DNA of 63,877 nucleotides, counting the filler, from Octopus bimaculoides (taxonomy: Eukaryota), in assembly GCF_001194135.2 (NCBI RefSeq). It is 4 parts of 4 records of this genome, joined end to end, with 100 filler letters (N's around TTAATTAATTAA, not from the genome) between each part and the next. Parts side by side here need not be neighbours in the genome. Positions count along the whole stretch, not along the records: positions 1 to 26,958 come from NC_068987.1; positions 27,059 to 51,918 come from NC_068990.1; 2 more parts are not named here. One strand, 5' to 3'. The notes beneath the pieces are model-generated. The model searched no databases. It saw nothing but the letters and a program-made list of their open reading frames with translations, and had not been told where the DNA came from. Every line of letters starts with the position of its first letter. Within the stretch, counting starts at the first letter, position 1. Of this stretch, positions 13,952 to 27,258 are shown piece by piece. Position numbers and translations under genes: made by a program.

Positions 13952-15974
13952 CATTCGTTCATTGGAGAACTAATGTAAATTTATTTTCGCTCTTTTTTTG
14001 GCCTTCAAATGATCACTTTTCCAGTGAAAGTTTCGAAACGCCATCGAATTAGTGGGGACCATTTTCTAGAATATGACTCGAGAATACACTTCTATTTTTG
14101 AAATTTAGGAAAAGGACAATAGGTGTGAGATGGATTAAATTGTTAAACCTGTTAAGCGATGGTTTGACAGAAAGTGTGAGTCATCAGGTAGTGTGGAGGG
14201 CTGCATTTCTGAGTCACAAGTTTTGGTAAAGTGTTTACTACGATGATTTAAGATGTGAGATACAACAGAAATCAAAAGGAACAGAGACATTTTAGGCATA
14301 TGTTGGTCGTGGATAGTGTACTAATATTTATAGTGCTTAGCTAATAAAATGACTAATCTGTGATATTGTCTTTGATTAACGTACATACCACAACATTTAT
14401 GGGTGTAGCAGATGTTATATCACGGAAATGTCACTGCGCTTCAATTGTATTATTCAGTTGTGGCTTCAAAATCTCATGCTATCCAGAAATGAATTACTTT
14501 CAGTAGTGTGCTCCATCAGAAGGGAATATCTAACATTTAAGATAGTATTTCATCAACGTTATAGATATGTGCTCATTTTGATAGAGTATCGGACATCTAG
14601 GAGTTTAATCTTACTAAAATAAGAGAGCTTAATGTTGTGAATTTCCTTGGTAGTCTAGTGTTTTAACGACGACTAGTTTTTACTGTAACCGTTTCATGAT
14701 ATTTCCAAGAGTAAGCAGAACATGTAGCTGCTCTACAACATGTAGTGAAATGTAGCGTCCAGATATTGTGCGCAGAGCATTTTTATACGAATACTAATTG
14801 AGAAGTGAATAGTAACAATACTTTCATAGAAGTACGTTCAGCGGCAGCAACCAACAAATCAGTCATTGATGTAAAGAGGAAAGTTATAAGAGATAAAACC
14901 TTAATCTCAAACAAATGTATTCAATATAAAACGAAGATTAAAATAGAGCCAAATTACGATCCAAATCGAAAATAAATTTAATCATGGCTGAAATACTTAG
15001 TGATAGATGAACCGTGAAATGAAACGTTTCACAAATAGCAAGGCTCCAGAAAGACTACTTATTTTAAAATTCTGTAGTGTTAAACTGATGTGTGGCTCAC
15101 CGACATATCCATCGAATTCCAATCACTTGCAAAAAATTGAGGCGAAAAACTGAATTCTGAAATTTAGCACAATACATCACTTATCAATTTGACATTACGG
15201 CATTACTTACAGATGATAACTAAATGCTTCTCTGTGTTAAAACAGTGGTATAATAATTTGTTCTCAAGGAATAAGGAATTTGGCTTGAAGCAAACAAACC
15301 AGATAGCAAGGAGTCACGAATCACAGAAATTTTGCTCAGTTAATCAAGTCAAAGTGATGTAGATCACCACATGTCCTTCTAGATTATAATGTACAGGCTC
15401 AAACGTACGAAAGTTAAGAAGTATATTCAAGTGAATGGCACTAAAATGCTTTAGATATGCCTATAGAATACTATCTCCTCGGATGTCACTGAAACTACAC
15501 ATTGGAATATGCCAATATACACAGCTAGGGAGATGAAAGCTAATTCACCAAAGATTTTAGGTAAAGGCTTACAGAAAAAAGAATTGTCTCCTAATCAGCA
15601 TACTTTCCTAAAACAAATGAAGAAATTATCCAAATATACATATCAGGAAATAGAGATATTCCGAAAGTGGAAATGAATGTACAATTTCTACAATAATAGG
15701 CATCTTGGGAATGATAAAAAAAAATCACATGCAGACTGACCCATAACCAAAACACGCAGCATTTACAAATATGCATAGCATCCAGAAAATAATAGCACTG
15801 CTAGTTGAAGTAAATATTTTACTTTCTGGTCTTTAGATACAGTCAAAATAACAAAACCAAAAATTAACACTGCACATGCCGAAGCGACAGAGAGCTACAC
15901 TTAGCAGTGCGGTGTAATAACGGAATAAACCTCAAATGACTATATAATGATAATAATAATAATAATTTTTACTA

Positions 15975-16174
15975 TAAGCACAACGCCTAGACTTTGTGGG
16001 GAGGGGGACAAACGATCACATCGATCCCAGTACTCACTGGTACTTAATTTACCGACCCCGAAAAGATGAAAAGCAAAGTCGACCTCGGCGGAATTTGAAC
16101 ACAAAAGGTAACGGTAGATGAAATACCTCTAAGCTTTCCGTCCGGCTTGTTAACGATTCTGCCAGCTCACCGCC
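15975..16174 (-). mobile_element. tRNA-derived SINE, family C
   Basis: Minus strand reads GGCGGTGAGCTGGCAGAATCGTTA (A-box-like) ... GTTCAAATTCCGCCGAGGTCGAC (B-box-like) ... TTTTCGGGGTCGGTAAATTAAGTACCAGT; homologs at 33599 and 62055-62620. Confidence 0.85.
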
Positions 16175-16253
<79 letters not shown>

Positions 16254-16312
16254 TGATGATGATGATTATGATGATGATAATAATAACAACAATTACGACG
16301 ACGACGATGATG
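16175..16312. repeat. (AAT)n/(GAT)n microsatellite, continuous with the 3' tail of the adjacent LINE
   Basis: Seen directly. Confidence 0.95.
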
Positions 16313-18260
16313 GTAATATTTTCTTTATTTACCACAAATAATTGACAAAACGAATAAAAGAAATAAAAATGAAATCGTGGAATCCTTAGAATAACACAGT
16401 CACCCTGACATCTAAGGTAAGCAGCGACTCCCAATTGCCTAACTCCCATCAACAGGCTCACGCTTTGAGCAGGTCCATCAACTCCGATGGTGTTTATCAC
16501 TCTTCCACCTCTATATACGTTGGAAGGCAGTGTTTCTCTCCCAACTCACATTTTTCCTTTTCAAATGAAACTTATAACGTTCTTACGGGCTTCGCCACAA
16601 AGGGAAGGGTCTGTCTTCAAGTATTTCAATCTTAACTACCACACAAAATTAGAAAACAGATAAAAGTTGCGTGCTCTTTCCGTTCTTCAAAATGTACCAG
16701 CTAGTAGTTGGTTTTCGCTATCTTCATAAGTTAACTAAGCTGGGGTACTGAACGAATGCAAGCAAATCAGTTTCTTTGCCCTCGGACAAACCTGTGTGGC
16801 AGCTTCCTTTTGACTGTAGTGTTTATCTCCAGCTCCCAATACCGTCCGTTAGCATTACCACGCCAGGGCATTCTTGAAAGTATCCGTGCTCATCGGATTG
16901 TAAGTCCTACGGAAGAGACCTGCTTCTTCATTTTTACCGATAAGAAGAGTTTTTTCCGAGGAAGTCAACATTTTGCTCACCACTAACCTATAGAGCGTTA
17001 ACATAAGCTAGAGAGTTGTGAGCACTTGAAATATTTCACATGTCTAAGTTTTGCTTCACCCAGGGCTGCAGATCTATGAAAAAGTCTAGACGTAGAAGAA
17101 CGCCTTTGAAAAACAATGAGTATGCAAGCTCAGTGGGGTATATTCCACTTTTCAAAAGTGTACTAGGGAAAGGTATTACCGTCAAGCAGGTAATAGCTGA
17201 TGAAGGCAGCATAGGTATCCACTACCTCTGCTTGACGTTACATCCCATTTCTGGATGTGGCTAGACATTCTACTCAACATTATAGCTCAGATCTTCTAGC
17301 CCAGAGGATCTGGAACAAACTAGACACTGAAGAGTTTATCTGGTCCTCTGTAAACTGTCCCACAACACTGTTAGATGATACAGACGTTTCCATATAGGTT
17401 CCAAGCTGCAAGCCCTCCGACCTTACCTGGTTGATTTGTATCTCCTGTTCTGCCTTGTACCCATTTGGAAGGGTCTCTATGAACTTGGTATGCTTTATAT
17501 CCGACACTATTACGCGGATATCGTTCGCGTATGCCGACGCAGATTTTCCGCATACTAGTGCCCGAGGAATGCTCCCCATGTCTCTAACTTACACAGAATT
17601 TCATCAAGAGTTACGGGAACAGTGAAGAGTTAGAACATGATACTCACTGGAACAGCGAAGAGAAAACTTTTGATAAAGCAAGCGAATGATACTCATGTTT
17701 AGCTATCGCAAATCAAACTACCAGGTCAATGCAATTTTCCTTTACCTGGCTTTTTCTCAGCACCGCTATAGCTGCTCGACACACAGGACTGGACATTCTC
17801 TCGTTGCGGTAGGCATGTGCCAAGATGTCGCCGAAAACGTCCTGCTTATAAACGTAAAGCTCGAATGTAGACAATGCTGTCAAAGTGATTTGTACACTCA
17901 TGCATCAAATATTCACTTCCCTTATTTCAGTGGCTGTTATTAGTTTTTGTCAACACTCTGCTTCCGTGGCAGGTGCCGCCGCTGTCTGTCGCAGTAGCTA
18001 CTGTAGTTCATCTTATCACCCGGTCCGCCAATGATGCCGAACAGTCGAGCATGATACCGATGTAAAGCTGCGCACATTTAATTGGGAACGAGTAACGCGC
18101 GCTCATCATGATCCGTCAGATATCGAATTGTGGTCTTGTGGTCACAGTGCACTTCTGCCAAGCGGGCTATCGAGCAGCTTTAATTTATTCATTATTTAGA
18201 GCACGCATCTTAGATATGGCATTCTGGGATTCGGTTAAAGAGTTGTTGGAGGTTAAAACG
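16313..18260 (-). mobile_element. Degenerate Tx1/L1-like LINE (pre-RT, RT, C-terminus, 3' end)
   Basis: Minus translations: DVFGDILAHAYRNERMSSPVCRAAIAVLRK (RT N-terminal part), SASAYANDIRVIVSDIKH...SEGLQLGT (YADD region). 3' end TGTGGTAAATAAAGAAAATATTACCATC matches the copy ending at 22108. Confidence 0.75.
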
Positions 18261-18322
18261 TGCTGAACTCCTCGGTTTCTATCATTTTCCAACTACCTCT
18301 TTTATGTTTTGAACTCTCTCTA

Positions 18323-18325
<3 letters not shown>

Positions 18326-18400
<75 letters not shown>
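18326..18400. repeat. (CT)n microsatellite
   Basis: Seen directly. Confidence 0.95.
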
Positions 18401-18402
<2 letters not shown>

Positions 18403-21400
18403 ACTCTCTCACATCTACTTTTCGATAATCGCTAAGTAAAACTTACCGACTTTTTTCGAGTTACACTCCCCAGGATGAACCATCATTCGCCGTTGACAAT
18501 TTTTGCATTTAACGCTCACTCATCTGAACTCCGAAAGCTTTTTGTCCTGAGAAAGATCCACTCACATCTAGTCAGAGGTTCCCTAACTATGAAGTCTATC
18601 TAAGAAGTCCGCGAAACTCATAAATTTGTGGTCAAGGTAGCCAACGAATTTAAATTACGGTCAACCGACCTACAGATTACTCTATCTTGATACGACCTGG
18701 ATGATTCGGTGCCAACAGTGACATATTTGAGATTTCAATCTGCCACAAAATATATGAGCAAGCTTGTTTGAATATACAAACTTTATCCTAGACTGCCAAA
18801 CACATAGTCCCATCATGCACCAAAGATGCCATTCCAATCTTCCTCTTGTACCAACAAGTGGTATGTTCTTTAGACATTTAAAGATAATCGGCCATTCCGT
18901 CACTGTGGAGTATAGACGAGTATTCGTTGAACGGAACCAGTTTACTATCTGAGTCAATTTGATATTGGAAAATCCAGACCTTTTCGAAATAATATTCTGG
19001 CACCCAAATATAGTTGAAGTGGATATGCGTACACCTCGTAACCACCGAAGATGGATGTCATGTCATGCGGCCCGTAAATTATGCTCTCAGTAATGATCAC
19101 CACATCTATGTCTAGTAGTTATATGTCGTTAAGCAGCTAGCCTGCTTTTCCACGCAATCTCAGGTAACCACACTGCCTATTTTAAGTAATGTCCTGTTGG
19201 ATAAGTTGGGAGAGCGTTAAGGATCACTTAAATTATCCCTGCAGAAAGACAGCTCCTTCCTACCAGTTGAGCCAATTTCCATCAGTAATTTTTTATATTC
19301 CTTTGTTAATTATCTATAAAAAAATCTGCCATTCTATCGAATATTTATTGTTAGCTTTTCTTTTGTTTGTAGCATTGTCATATGTTTGTGCGTTGCGTCA
19401 TAGTGTGTAATGTTTGAACGTTAATGTATATATTTCATCACCTATTTGTACTAATGGCTATTTAATTAATGATGTTTGCTTGCAGGAGCTGTCTATGATT
19501 GCTTGAGTGTAGATGAACTTGTGTTTAGGCTCTTTGTGGTATTTTTAGTGATTATGCTATCTCTACTTGTATTCTTGGTGGCGACAGTGGAGTTAATGAT
19601 GCTTTTGTGTCTCATTGAAGTCTCCTTTCAAATCTACTATCTTTTAATGCTGGTAGATTTCTGTTGTCCTTTTCCTTTTTCTCTCCCATTTTACGGAGAC
19701 GGTTATCCATGTTTCATCGTAATGGCCTTGATTGCAGAATTTAAAAGTTGTCTGAATTTGGGATCGATATGTTTTATGGAATTGTGTTCAGGTTCAGGCG
19801 TTTTGTTGCTGTTGTTTTTGTCATAAGACATCTGTTTCTGTTTGGTACTGCTGCTTCTGTTGTTGAATTGCTGCTTGTCAGCCTCCTGTATCTACAGCTG
19901 CTGATCTTTTTGTTCCGTGTCAATCTCTATCGTTCTTCCTGATATTTCAGTTTAACGTAGTTTTTTTGTTAGCGATTTATGTTGTGACTTTGCTAACAGA
20001 GGGGACATTCTTTTCCTTTTGTCTTTTGTTGTTCGCAGAAAGCTATTGGGCATTTATTCTTCTCAGAAATGTGACAAGCTGATGTCCTGATTCCTAGCGG
20101 CACTCTCCAGCTTGTAAAATTTGGCACTTCCATTCGATCGGGATGACCTCGAGTTATTTGTGTTATATTTGTATTAATATATATATATATATATATATGC
20201 CTGTAACTGACCAGTTTATATCTAACAACAGGTGATTCTCCAAGATTGCTTTATATTCATCATCGAGCAAAGCATCTGCCCTCAACCATCAGGTGATTGG
20301 TATGAGACGCACCCACTACACTAACCTCCTTAACTCATTTGATCCTATATGCTGTGAAATGGATGAACTCTTCACTTTTGATACAGGCAATAGTGTTCCT
20401 ACCTTTGAATTCACACACAACCCTGACATCATTTGGGCCTGCGTGACGGAATTTTTTTCCACTTGATACTACATCTGCATGTCCTTTGACTGTTCTTTCA
20501 GCGATTCATCCTCGACAGTGATGCAATGGTAAATCAGCGTGCTTCGACTAGTTTGGTTGGTAACGTAATGTAATTGGGTAAAACTTGGTTTACTTTCCTT
20601 TGGTGTTTTTTAGGAATGATTTTTCCTTCCTTAATTATTTTTCTCTTTTCAACAATTCTTTGTGTCTATCAGGCTGTGCCAGCTCCTGTTGGTTTAGTTT
20701 TAATAATCTACCTTTATGATTGGTGTTTATTCTCTTGTTCCTATTACTGCCTTCTGTGATGATGCCTCTAACGCAACCAAAGAAGACCTATAGCTCTGTA
20801 AATACCTTGTTCAACGTAACTGGTTCGCTGAAGACAAACGATTTTACCCCACCAAAATTTAAATAAACAGCAAACTTTCCTAAATCTCAAGCGTGTAAAA
20901 CTACTTCCTTCTACGTACAAAGCAGAGAAAAACACATATCTAGAAAAAACAAAATTTTCCCTGAAATGGGATAGAGTAAAATATATAACTATAGAGATGA
21001 GTTGATCTTTAAACAGAGAATGCGGAAGAATCAAGTAATTTAGGAGTATGACAGACAATTAGGATGCATTTGATAGCATTTTTCTCCGGAGATCCTGAAC
21101 TCACTAGCCTTGAGTAACGTAGGAGCAGCAATAAGAACATACACGAAATATGCTAAGAGCAAATGGTAAAAAAAAATTTGAAAATCCGGAAAAAAGAAGG
21201 AATTACATGAACTATAATAATTGTCATCAGATGAGAAATATTCTGACTTTCTCTGTCTATCAACACAATGTTCTGTTTGATGGTGAGGCGTTTAATTGGT
21301 ATATCAGAAGAACTGCACTTAGTTATAATAAGACTATCGGTTACCCTTTGTATATAGGAAGAACATCGATGCGAAGATGCTAAACTATGGAAACGAAATT

Positions 21401-21965
21401 TCAGATTACAAAATTGTGCACGACAATCTTAAATAGGGGAAAATAAGACACTAATAATATCTCAAATAAAGAAGCAGAAATAAGGCAATTAAACCGAACA
21501 CAAGCATCTATTCTTAGGAAATAGTGAAATATACCGTGTACAATACATACAAATGAAAGAAACGGCCAGGATTATAGATATGTGAGTTAACGCATAAAAT
21601 AAAAGCAAATACAAAAAATATGATACCTGGCATTGATAACCTTGCTGTGCCAGCAATAAACTATAATTGTTATCTCAATTTTAAGCTAAGAAAAGAAGAC
21701 GAAGTGGCAAAATAACAAGTAAAATGCATTTAGAATACCTTTCACAAAACCTGATATAGAAGGACTATTTTTACATCAATTCAGTCAGGGAAAATCTGAC
21801 GTTTAAAAACTATACACTCAAGGAATAGAAACAATATTTAGAAAAATTTCTAGAAAATTCGAACAAATAACTACAAATCAAGAACAATTTTGTTTCAAGA
21901 GACGTCCGTAGAAAGCTGCAACATATATCGCGGAAAATTTTGACCGACGCGCCAATGATTCTACA

Positions 21966-21997
<32 letters not shown>

Positions 21998-21998
21998 A

Positions 21999-22032
<34 letters not shown>

Positions 22033-22045
22033 CGACGACGATGAC

Positions 22046-22107
<62 letters not shown>
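21966..22107. repeat. (GAT)n microsatellite, (ATC)n tail of the minus-strand LINE
   Basis: Seen directly; abuts the LINE 3' end. Confidence 0.95.
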
Positions 22108-22108
<1 letters not shown>

Positions 22109-23550
22109 AATATTTTCTTCATTGGCCACAAGGGCCGAATACAAAACAAAGAGGTACAACACATAACAACGGACAAGTGGGGCTCAGCACAAAACCACGT
22201 GTATAAAATAGAAACAATAACAACAATAAAATTGAAACTACAAATTCCTCAAAGTTGGGAGTGCCACTCAGATACAACCAAGGTATCTCACACACCCGGG
22301 TCACTCTGACTGCAAAGGACACCCCCGGCAGGCAATTCTCACTGTCCATCTTCGCCACTTTCACCCACCTCTGAACAAAAATTCTATGGGGTAGCACTTC
22401 TATCTTTACACACACTTTTATTTCAAATCACACTTTGAAAAGTAAACGAGTGCTTGGCCAAAGAGGAAAGTAGTACCTTCAGCACTTTCAACCTTATCCA
22501 GCACATTATCTCTTTTAGCATAGGCAACAGGCAGAGAAAAACTGTCCTCCCTTCCCGGCAAAAAGAAGGCGGCGAACCGATAATTGGATCTACTCTATGT
22601 GCGACCAGTGCTGTTCGACAGATCTTCACAAGTGAGTAGTGACTGGACAAAATGCATGTGCATTCAGAACGGTTTTATCGTCCTGCGCATACCTCGGATA
22701 GGTCTGTCTGACAGTACTTCTGTGCCTGCAGCGCTTGTCTCGAACTGACAGAGTCTTCTCACCGGTAAGACTAGCAGATCAGAGATTTCTGGAAATTATC
22801 CATAGACCCCGGTCCAAAAGTCCTCGAAAGCCATCTAGAGACAAATGCTGTGTGTCCATGTCCACAGTGGCAAATTCAGGAAATATTGTCTGTACCTGTC
22901 AACTAGTTGGAGGCGACTGAGCAGGATGGTGAAGCTTTTACATCCCCTCTTCCATTGGGTACCACTACTGTATCCCGCTGTGAGTGCTAGATGGTGCACC
23001 TCTCGCTCACTGGCAGTGGGGAGCGCTACGACCCAAAGAAAACCTCCAAACGTTGAAGAAATCCGACTGTTCCACCCCAGTCGAGACATATACAGCGACT
23101 AGTCTAAAAGCACCACCTTCCCTATTGCTTATATGCAGGGCCACCAACTTAGCATTAAGATCCAAAAAGATCGTTCGTACCTCGATATCTAGACCTTTCT
23201 TCAACAGTACTACCACCCCATCTCCCATTCTATGTCGAGACAGAGGCATGTAAGTCTCCATGTCATCGAAACTGTAAGGGGTAGTGACTGCGAAACAGAA
23301 ACGCTGGTCTTGGTGGCGGTTATGACATCCAAAACTAGCGATCTTGGGTTATTGAGCGAGCGACCTTGTTTTCAGCTCGACCAGAGGTTTCGTACATTGA
23401 TACAACCTAGTCTAATAATCACCATGTTGGTTGGATAGATTTGAGAGAAAGGTGAAGAATAGCATTACCTATCCTCCCGATCGTGTTGTCGGGCTGGTGG
23501 TGTGAACATCGAATCTGGTTGGGGAAGCCCTTTAAAATCTACTAGCAACT
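22108..23550 (-). mobile_element. Tx1/L1-like LINE ORF2 remnant: APE endonuclease joined directly to the C-terminal region, RT absent
   Basis: Minus: MVIIRLGCINVRN..., GVVVLLKKGLDIEVRTIFLD...FRLVAVYVSTG, LVDRYRQYFLNLPLWTWT, then at about 22835 RTFGPGSMDNFQKSL...LSVRDKRCRHRSTVRQTYPRYAQDDKTVLNA (decayed Cys-rich motif), IFVQRWVKVAKM, 3' UTR and (ATC)n tail. Confidence 0.75.
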
Positions 23551-23639
23551 TTCACATTAGGAGGCCCCATGTTGTAAGGAGAATATCTCCCTAAAGTTTT
23601 TGCATATCTTTAGTGACGTCCAGACTATCATTAAAGTTC

Positions 23640-24235
23640 CTGGAAATTTAAAATGGCTGGTATCGTAAATTACACCCACCCGCTCAATATCTTTATTTCG
23701 TGCTATGGGGGCCATAAATTCAATGTGACAAGAATGATTCATTGGGAGCTCTGTAGAAATTACAGCCTACAAGGGGCAAAGACGTGGTATGAGAAAACCC
23801 CACAAGGAGTCACCGAGAATGAGATTTGCAATATCCTGTGGGATGCAATGATTCATTGCGATCACCTGAACAGACATCGGAAATTGCATGATAATCGACA
23901 TAGCATGCCCCGGCAACAAGAGGATTATTGTGAAAGAAGAAGAAAAGATAAACAATTATGACAACTTGAAGTGTGAAATACGAAGTCTGTCGTCTATGAG
24001 GTGAGTACATGTGATACCAATAATAACTGGCGCACTAGGAAGTATCAGCACTCAATTACCAACATGAAGGAAAAAGACTGGTGCAAGTATGAAAGTAGAA
24101 CACCTACAAAAATGAGCATTGCTTGGAACTGCAAAATTTCTTCGCTGGGTTCTTCAAGAGTGACCAGCAAACAAGTGTCACCTTAGTCTGCTGGCTGTGG
24201 GTAGATGACACTTTCTTTCATACCCAGCAAAATAA
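23640..24235 (+). mobile_element. R4/Dong-like (restriction-like endonuclease) LINE 3' fragment 1
   Basis: NVTRMIHWELCRNYSLQGAKTWYEKTPQGVTENEICNILWDAMIHCDH. Confidence 0.8.
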
Positions 24236-24277
24236 ACTGTGAGTTTGCATGCAATAATAATAATGATAATAATGTAA

Positions 24278-24990
24278 GGATGAAGAGCTCAAGACTGAAG
24301 GCTGAAACCGAAGGTGTTATCATATCAGCGCAAGATCAAAGCTTGGCAACCAGGGCTTACCACAACAAAATAATGAACGATAGCCCTGACCCGAAATGCA
24401 GAATGTGTCATGAGCTGGATGAAACAGTGGACCACAACTTAACTGGATGCACAGCGCTTGCAAAAACTGAATATATTCATAGACACGATAAAGTAGCGCA
24501 GTATATCCATTGGAAGATATGTAAACATTACCAGCATCCAACTTCAGAAAGATGGTACCAACATAAACCTGAAACTGTGACCGGAAAAAATGATGTAACA
24601 GTACTCTGGGACATGCCAATCAACACCGATATAGAAATCAAAGTAAACAGGGCGAACATAATCAGCAAAGTTTTGAAGAATTAGAAATGCTTAATCATAG
24701 ATGTGACAGTTCTATCAGAGAGAAATGTGTCCATTAAAGAGGTTGAGATGTTATTATAGAAGTGACCAAGATGTGGGGAATGAAAAGCAGCACAACACCA
24801 GTGGTGATTGGAGCGTTAGGGCTAATTAAAAAGGGCCTTGATAAGCAGCTCAACAAACACCCTTGCAGTGTTAACGTGGGAGAAATTCCGAAAATAGTAT
24901 TGCTAGGTTTCGCACACATTTTACGCCGTATACTCTCCGTGTGATGAGGACCTGCTGTGACCCTAGAGTCAAGGGATGACCCCGGTTCAG
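24278..24990 (+). mobile_element. R4/Dong-like LINE 3' fragment 2
   Basis: LKAETEGVIISAQDQSL...CRMCHELDETVDHNLTGC (CCHC) ...RHDKVAQYIHWKICKHY...LWDMPINTD...PVVIGALG...ILRRILSV; flanked by AAT repeats on both sides. Confidence 0.9.
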
Positions 24991-25019
24991 AAGAAGACAG
25001 CAAACCATATTTTATTTTA

Positions 25020-25020
25020 A

Positions 25021-25093
<73 letters not shown>

Positions 25094-25101
25094 TTAATAA
25101 C

Positions 25102-25160
<59 letters not shown>

Positions 25161-25215
25161 TAATAATTATTATTATTATTATCATTATCATTATTATTAT
25201 AATTATTATTATAAC
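25020..25215. repeat. (AAT)n/(TAT)n microsatellite
   Basis: Seen directly. Confidence 0.95.
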
Positions 25216-25760
25216 TATACGCCCAGTCCTTGCCAAATCTGAATAGATATACAGACACGACCAAGTAAGTATTTATATCCACTGGACAATATGCCAACAC
25301 TATAACATTAAAACTGACAATAGATGGTACAAACATGTGCCAAACAAGGTACAAGACAATAGCCGGGTCACAATCACCAAAGATATGCCGGTTCAAACCG
25401 ACAAAGAAACAACATCTAATAACCCAGACATAATAATCAAGGATCGAGAAAAAACACCAGTTTACTGGTAGACATTGCTGTCGCTTCTGATTAAAATATC
25501 CAAAAAGGAGTAGAGAAGTTGTGAGAGTATAAAGACCTACAAATTGAAGCATTCAAGATGCGGGGCATCAAGGTGAAAACGATAACAATGATAACTTGAG
25601 CAATGGACATGATAAAAAACACATATGAACAAAAGGGTAGAAACTATACTTGGATCCTCAACATTAGACATTATCCCCCCACCCAAAAAAGAAATAGCCC
25701 TTCTTGGAACAGCTCACATCTTACGCAAGACACTATCAAATCAATAATACAATCTAAACA
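25216..25760 (+). mobile_element. R4/Dong-like LINE 3' fragment 3
   Basis: RHDQVSIYIHWTICQHYNIKTDNRWYKHVP...DMPVQTDKETTSNNPDIIIKDRE; starts right after the AAT/TAT tract. Confidence 0.8.
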
Positions 25761-26094
25761 AAACAACCCGCAGACACAAGACACACTATACAGTAATTAT
25801 CCAGTGAAATAAACTTCCAGCAGAAAATTGAAAAAAAACAAAACAAGGCATTACACACTCAAGACACGATACAAACAGTAATAACAACAAAAGAGTATAC
25901 TATAATTCAAGAGAATTAACAAACTAACGCAGTACAATACAGGGAAGAGTTTGAACATTCCCAACAACATAGCACACGATGCAACACATAGCCCAGCAAC
26001 ACAAAAGTGTAGCAGGTGAAGCAGTAGAAATTTGCCTGAAACTATGAAATGTTGAACAACAAATGTTGAATAACAGCAGCGATAATGATAATTA

Positions 26095-26134
26095 CAACAA
26101 CAACAACAGCAACAACAACAACAACAACAACAAC

Positions 26135-26176
<42 letters not shown>
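26095..26176. repeat. (CAA)n-(AAT)n microsatellite
   Basis: Seen directly. Confidence 0.95.
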
Positions 26177-26177
<1 letters not shown>

Positions 26178-26642
26178 GATACTGTGATGCAGTACCAGGC
26201 AGTAGCTCTCATGGTTTTTGATCTCAACTGATTGGACGTGTTATCATGTACATAGTTCGTCTTGGTATAAAAGCAAATATTCTGCTGAATACGACAGATT
26301 TGCTTGTCAGTTGTTCGACCTTAACCAGTTGAGCATGTTCCTTAGTGGCTGACGATGTGTGCATCTTTGATCATGAGTAGAAGTAGTGGGGGAGCATCAT
26401 AGCAAAGTGTCGAGAGGAATTCTTTGGTGTTTGAATAATTCACCTTAGGAAACATGAGTGTTTCGTTTAACATCCTTAAACAACACATATCGAGGTATGT
26501 TTTGAGCGGGATGGGCTATTCGACTCGGAAGAAAATTCTAACTGGGCCCCATCTACAGGTTCTTGCGCTGTTGATCTTGATATGGTTGCGATGGGTATAT
26601 TTTACCCCAGTGTCACTTTGATGGCAGGCAATACTCTCTCAC

Positions 26643-26704
<62 letters not shown>

Positions 26705-26708
<4 letters not shown>

Positions 26709-26958
26709 CACTACTACAGACAGTACACGGCTTTACCAAGGAAATAGATATGAAATTCGGATTAGAAAAATGTGCCAAAGCAACCCTGAAAAGAGGAAAA
26801 TTAGTTAAAAGTAGCAATATAACACTAGATAAAGCCAATGAAATAAGAGAACTAGACGAAAGCCAACCATACAAGTATTTAGGAGTCAATGAACTAGATA
26901 GGATACAACATACACAAATGAAAGAAAAAATAAAGAAAGAGTACTATAGACGAGTTAG
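26705..26958 (+). mobile_element. R4/Dong-like LINE RT-thumb fragment, 5'-truncated at an (AAT)n tract, runs into a gap
   Basis: LLQTVHGFTKEIDMKFGLEKCAKATLKRGKL...YKYLGV...MKEKIKKEYYRRV directly after (AAT)n at 26645-26704. Confidence 0.85.
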
Positions 26959-27058
26959 NNNNNNNNNNNNNNNNNNNNNNNNNNNNNNNNNNNNNNNNNN
27001 NNTTAATTAATTAANNNNNNNNNNNNNNNNNNNNNNNNNNNNNNNNNNNNNNNNNNNN

Positions 27059-27258
27059 TTTTCGTGCGGGTGACACGTAAAAGCACCCACTACACTCTCT
27101 GAGTGGTTGGCGTTAGGAAGGACATCCAGCTGTAGAAACTCTGCCAAATCAGACTGGAGCCTGGTGTTGCCATCCGGTTTCACCAGTCCTCAGTCAAATC
27201 GTCCAACCCATGCTAGCATGGAAAGCGGACGTTAAACGATGATGATGATGATGATGAT
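27059..27258 (+). mobile_element. RTE-type LINE 3' end (family B)
   Basis: GTGGTTGGCGTTAGGAAG.GCATCCAGCTGTAGAAAC...CCAACCCATGCTAGCATGGAAAGCGGACGTTAAAC(GAT)n; family is linked to an RTE ORF2 end at 48926-49010. Confidence 0.85.

Noticed and set aside
16147-16500. Poly-N, poly-I, poly-M and poly-S ORFs (also 21878-22176, 25012-25236, 26042-26227, 1602-1907)
   Set aside because: Trinucleotide microsatellites.
19700-21560. Possible Penelope/GIY-YIG remnants (YIGRTS at about 21350)
   Set aside because: Too degraded to support a call without a profile search.
27003-27014. TTAATTAATTAA island in the middle of Ns (also 51963-51974 and near 60536-60547)
   Set aside because: An identical palindromic six-frame-stop 12-mer centred in N runs (44+12+44 = 100 nt at the first site) is an artificial scaffolding linker. 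It also means adjacency across these gaps is uncertain.
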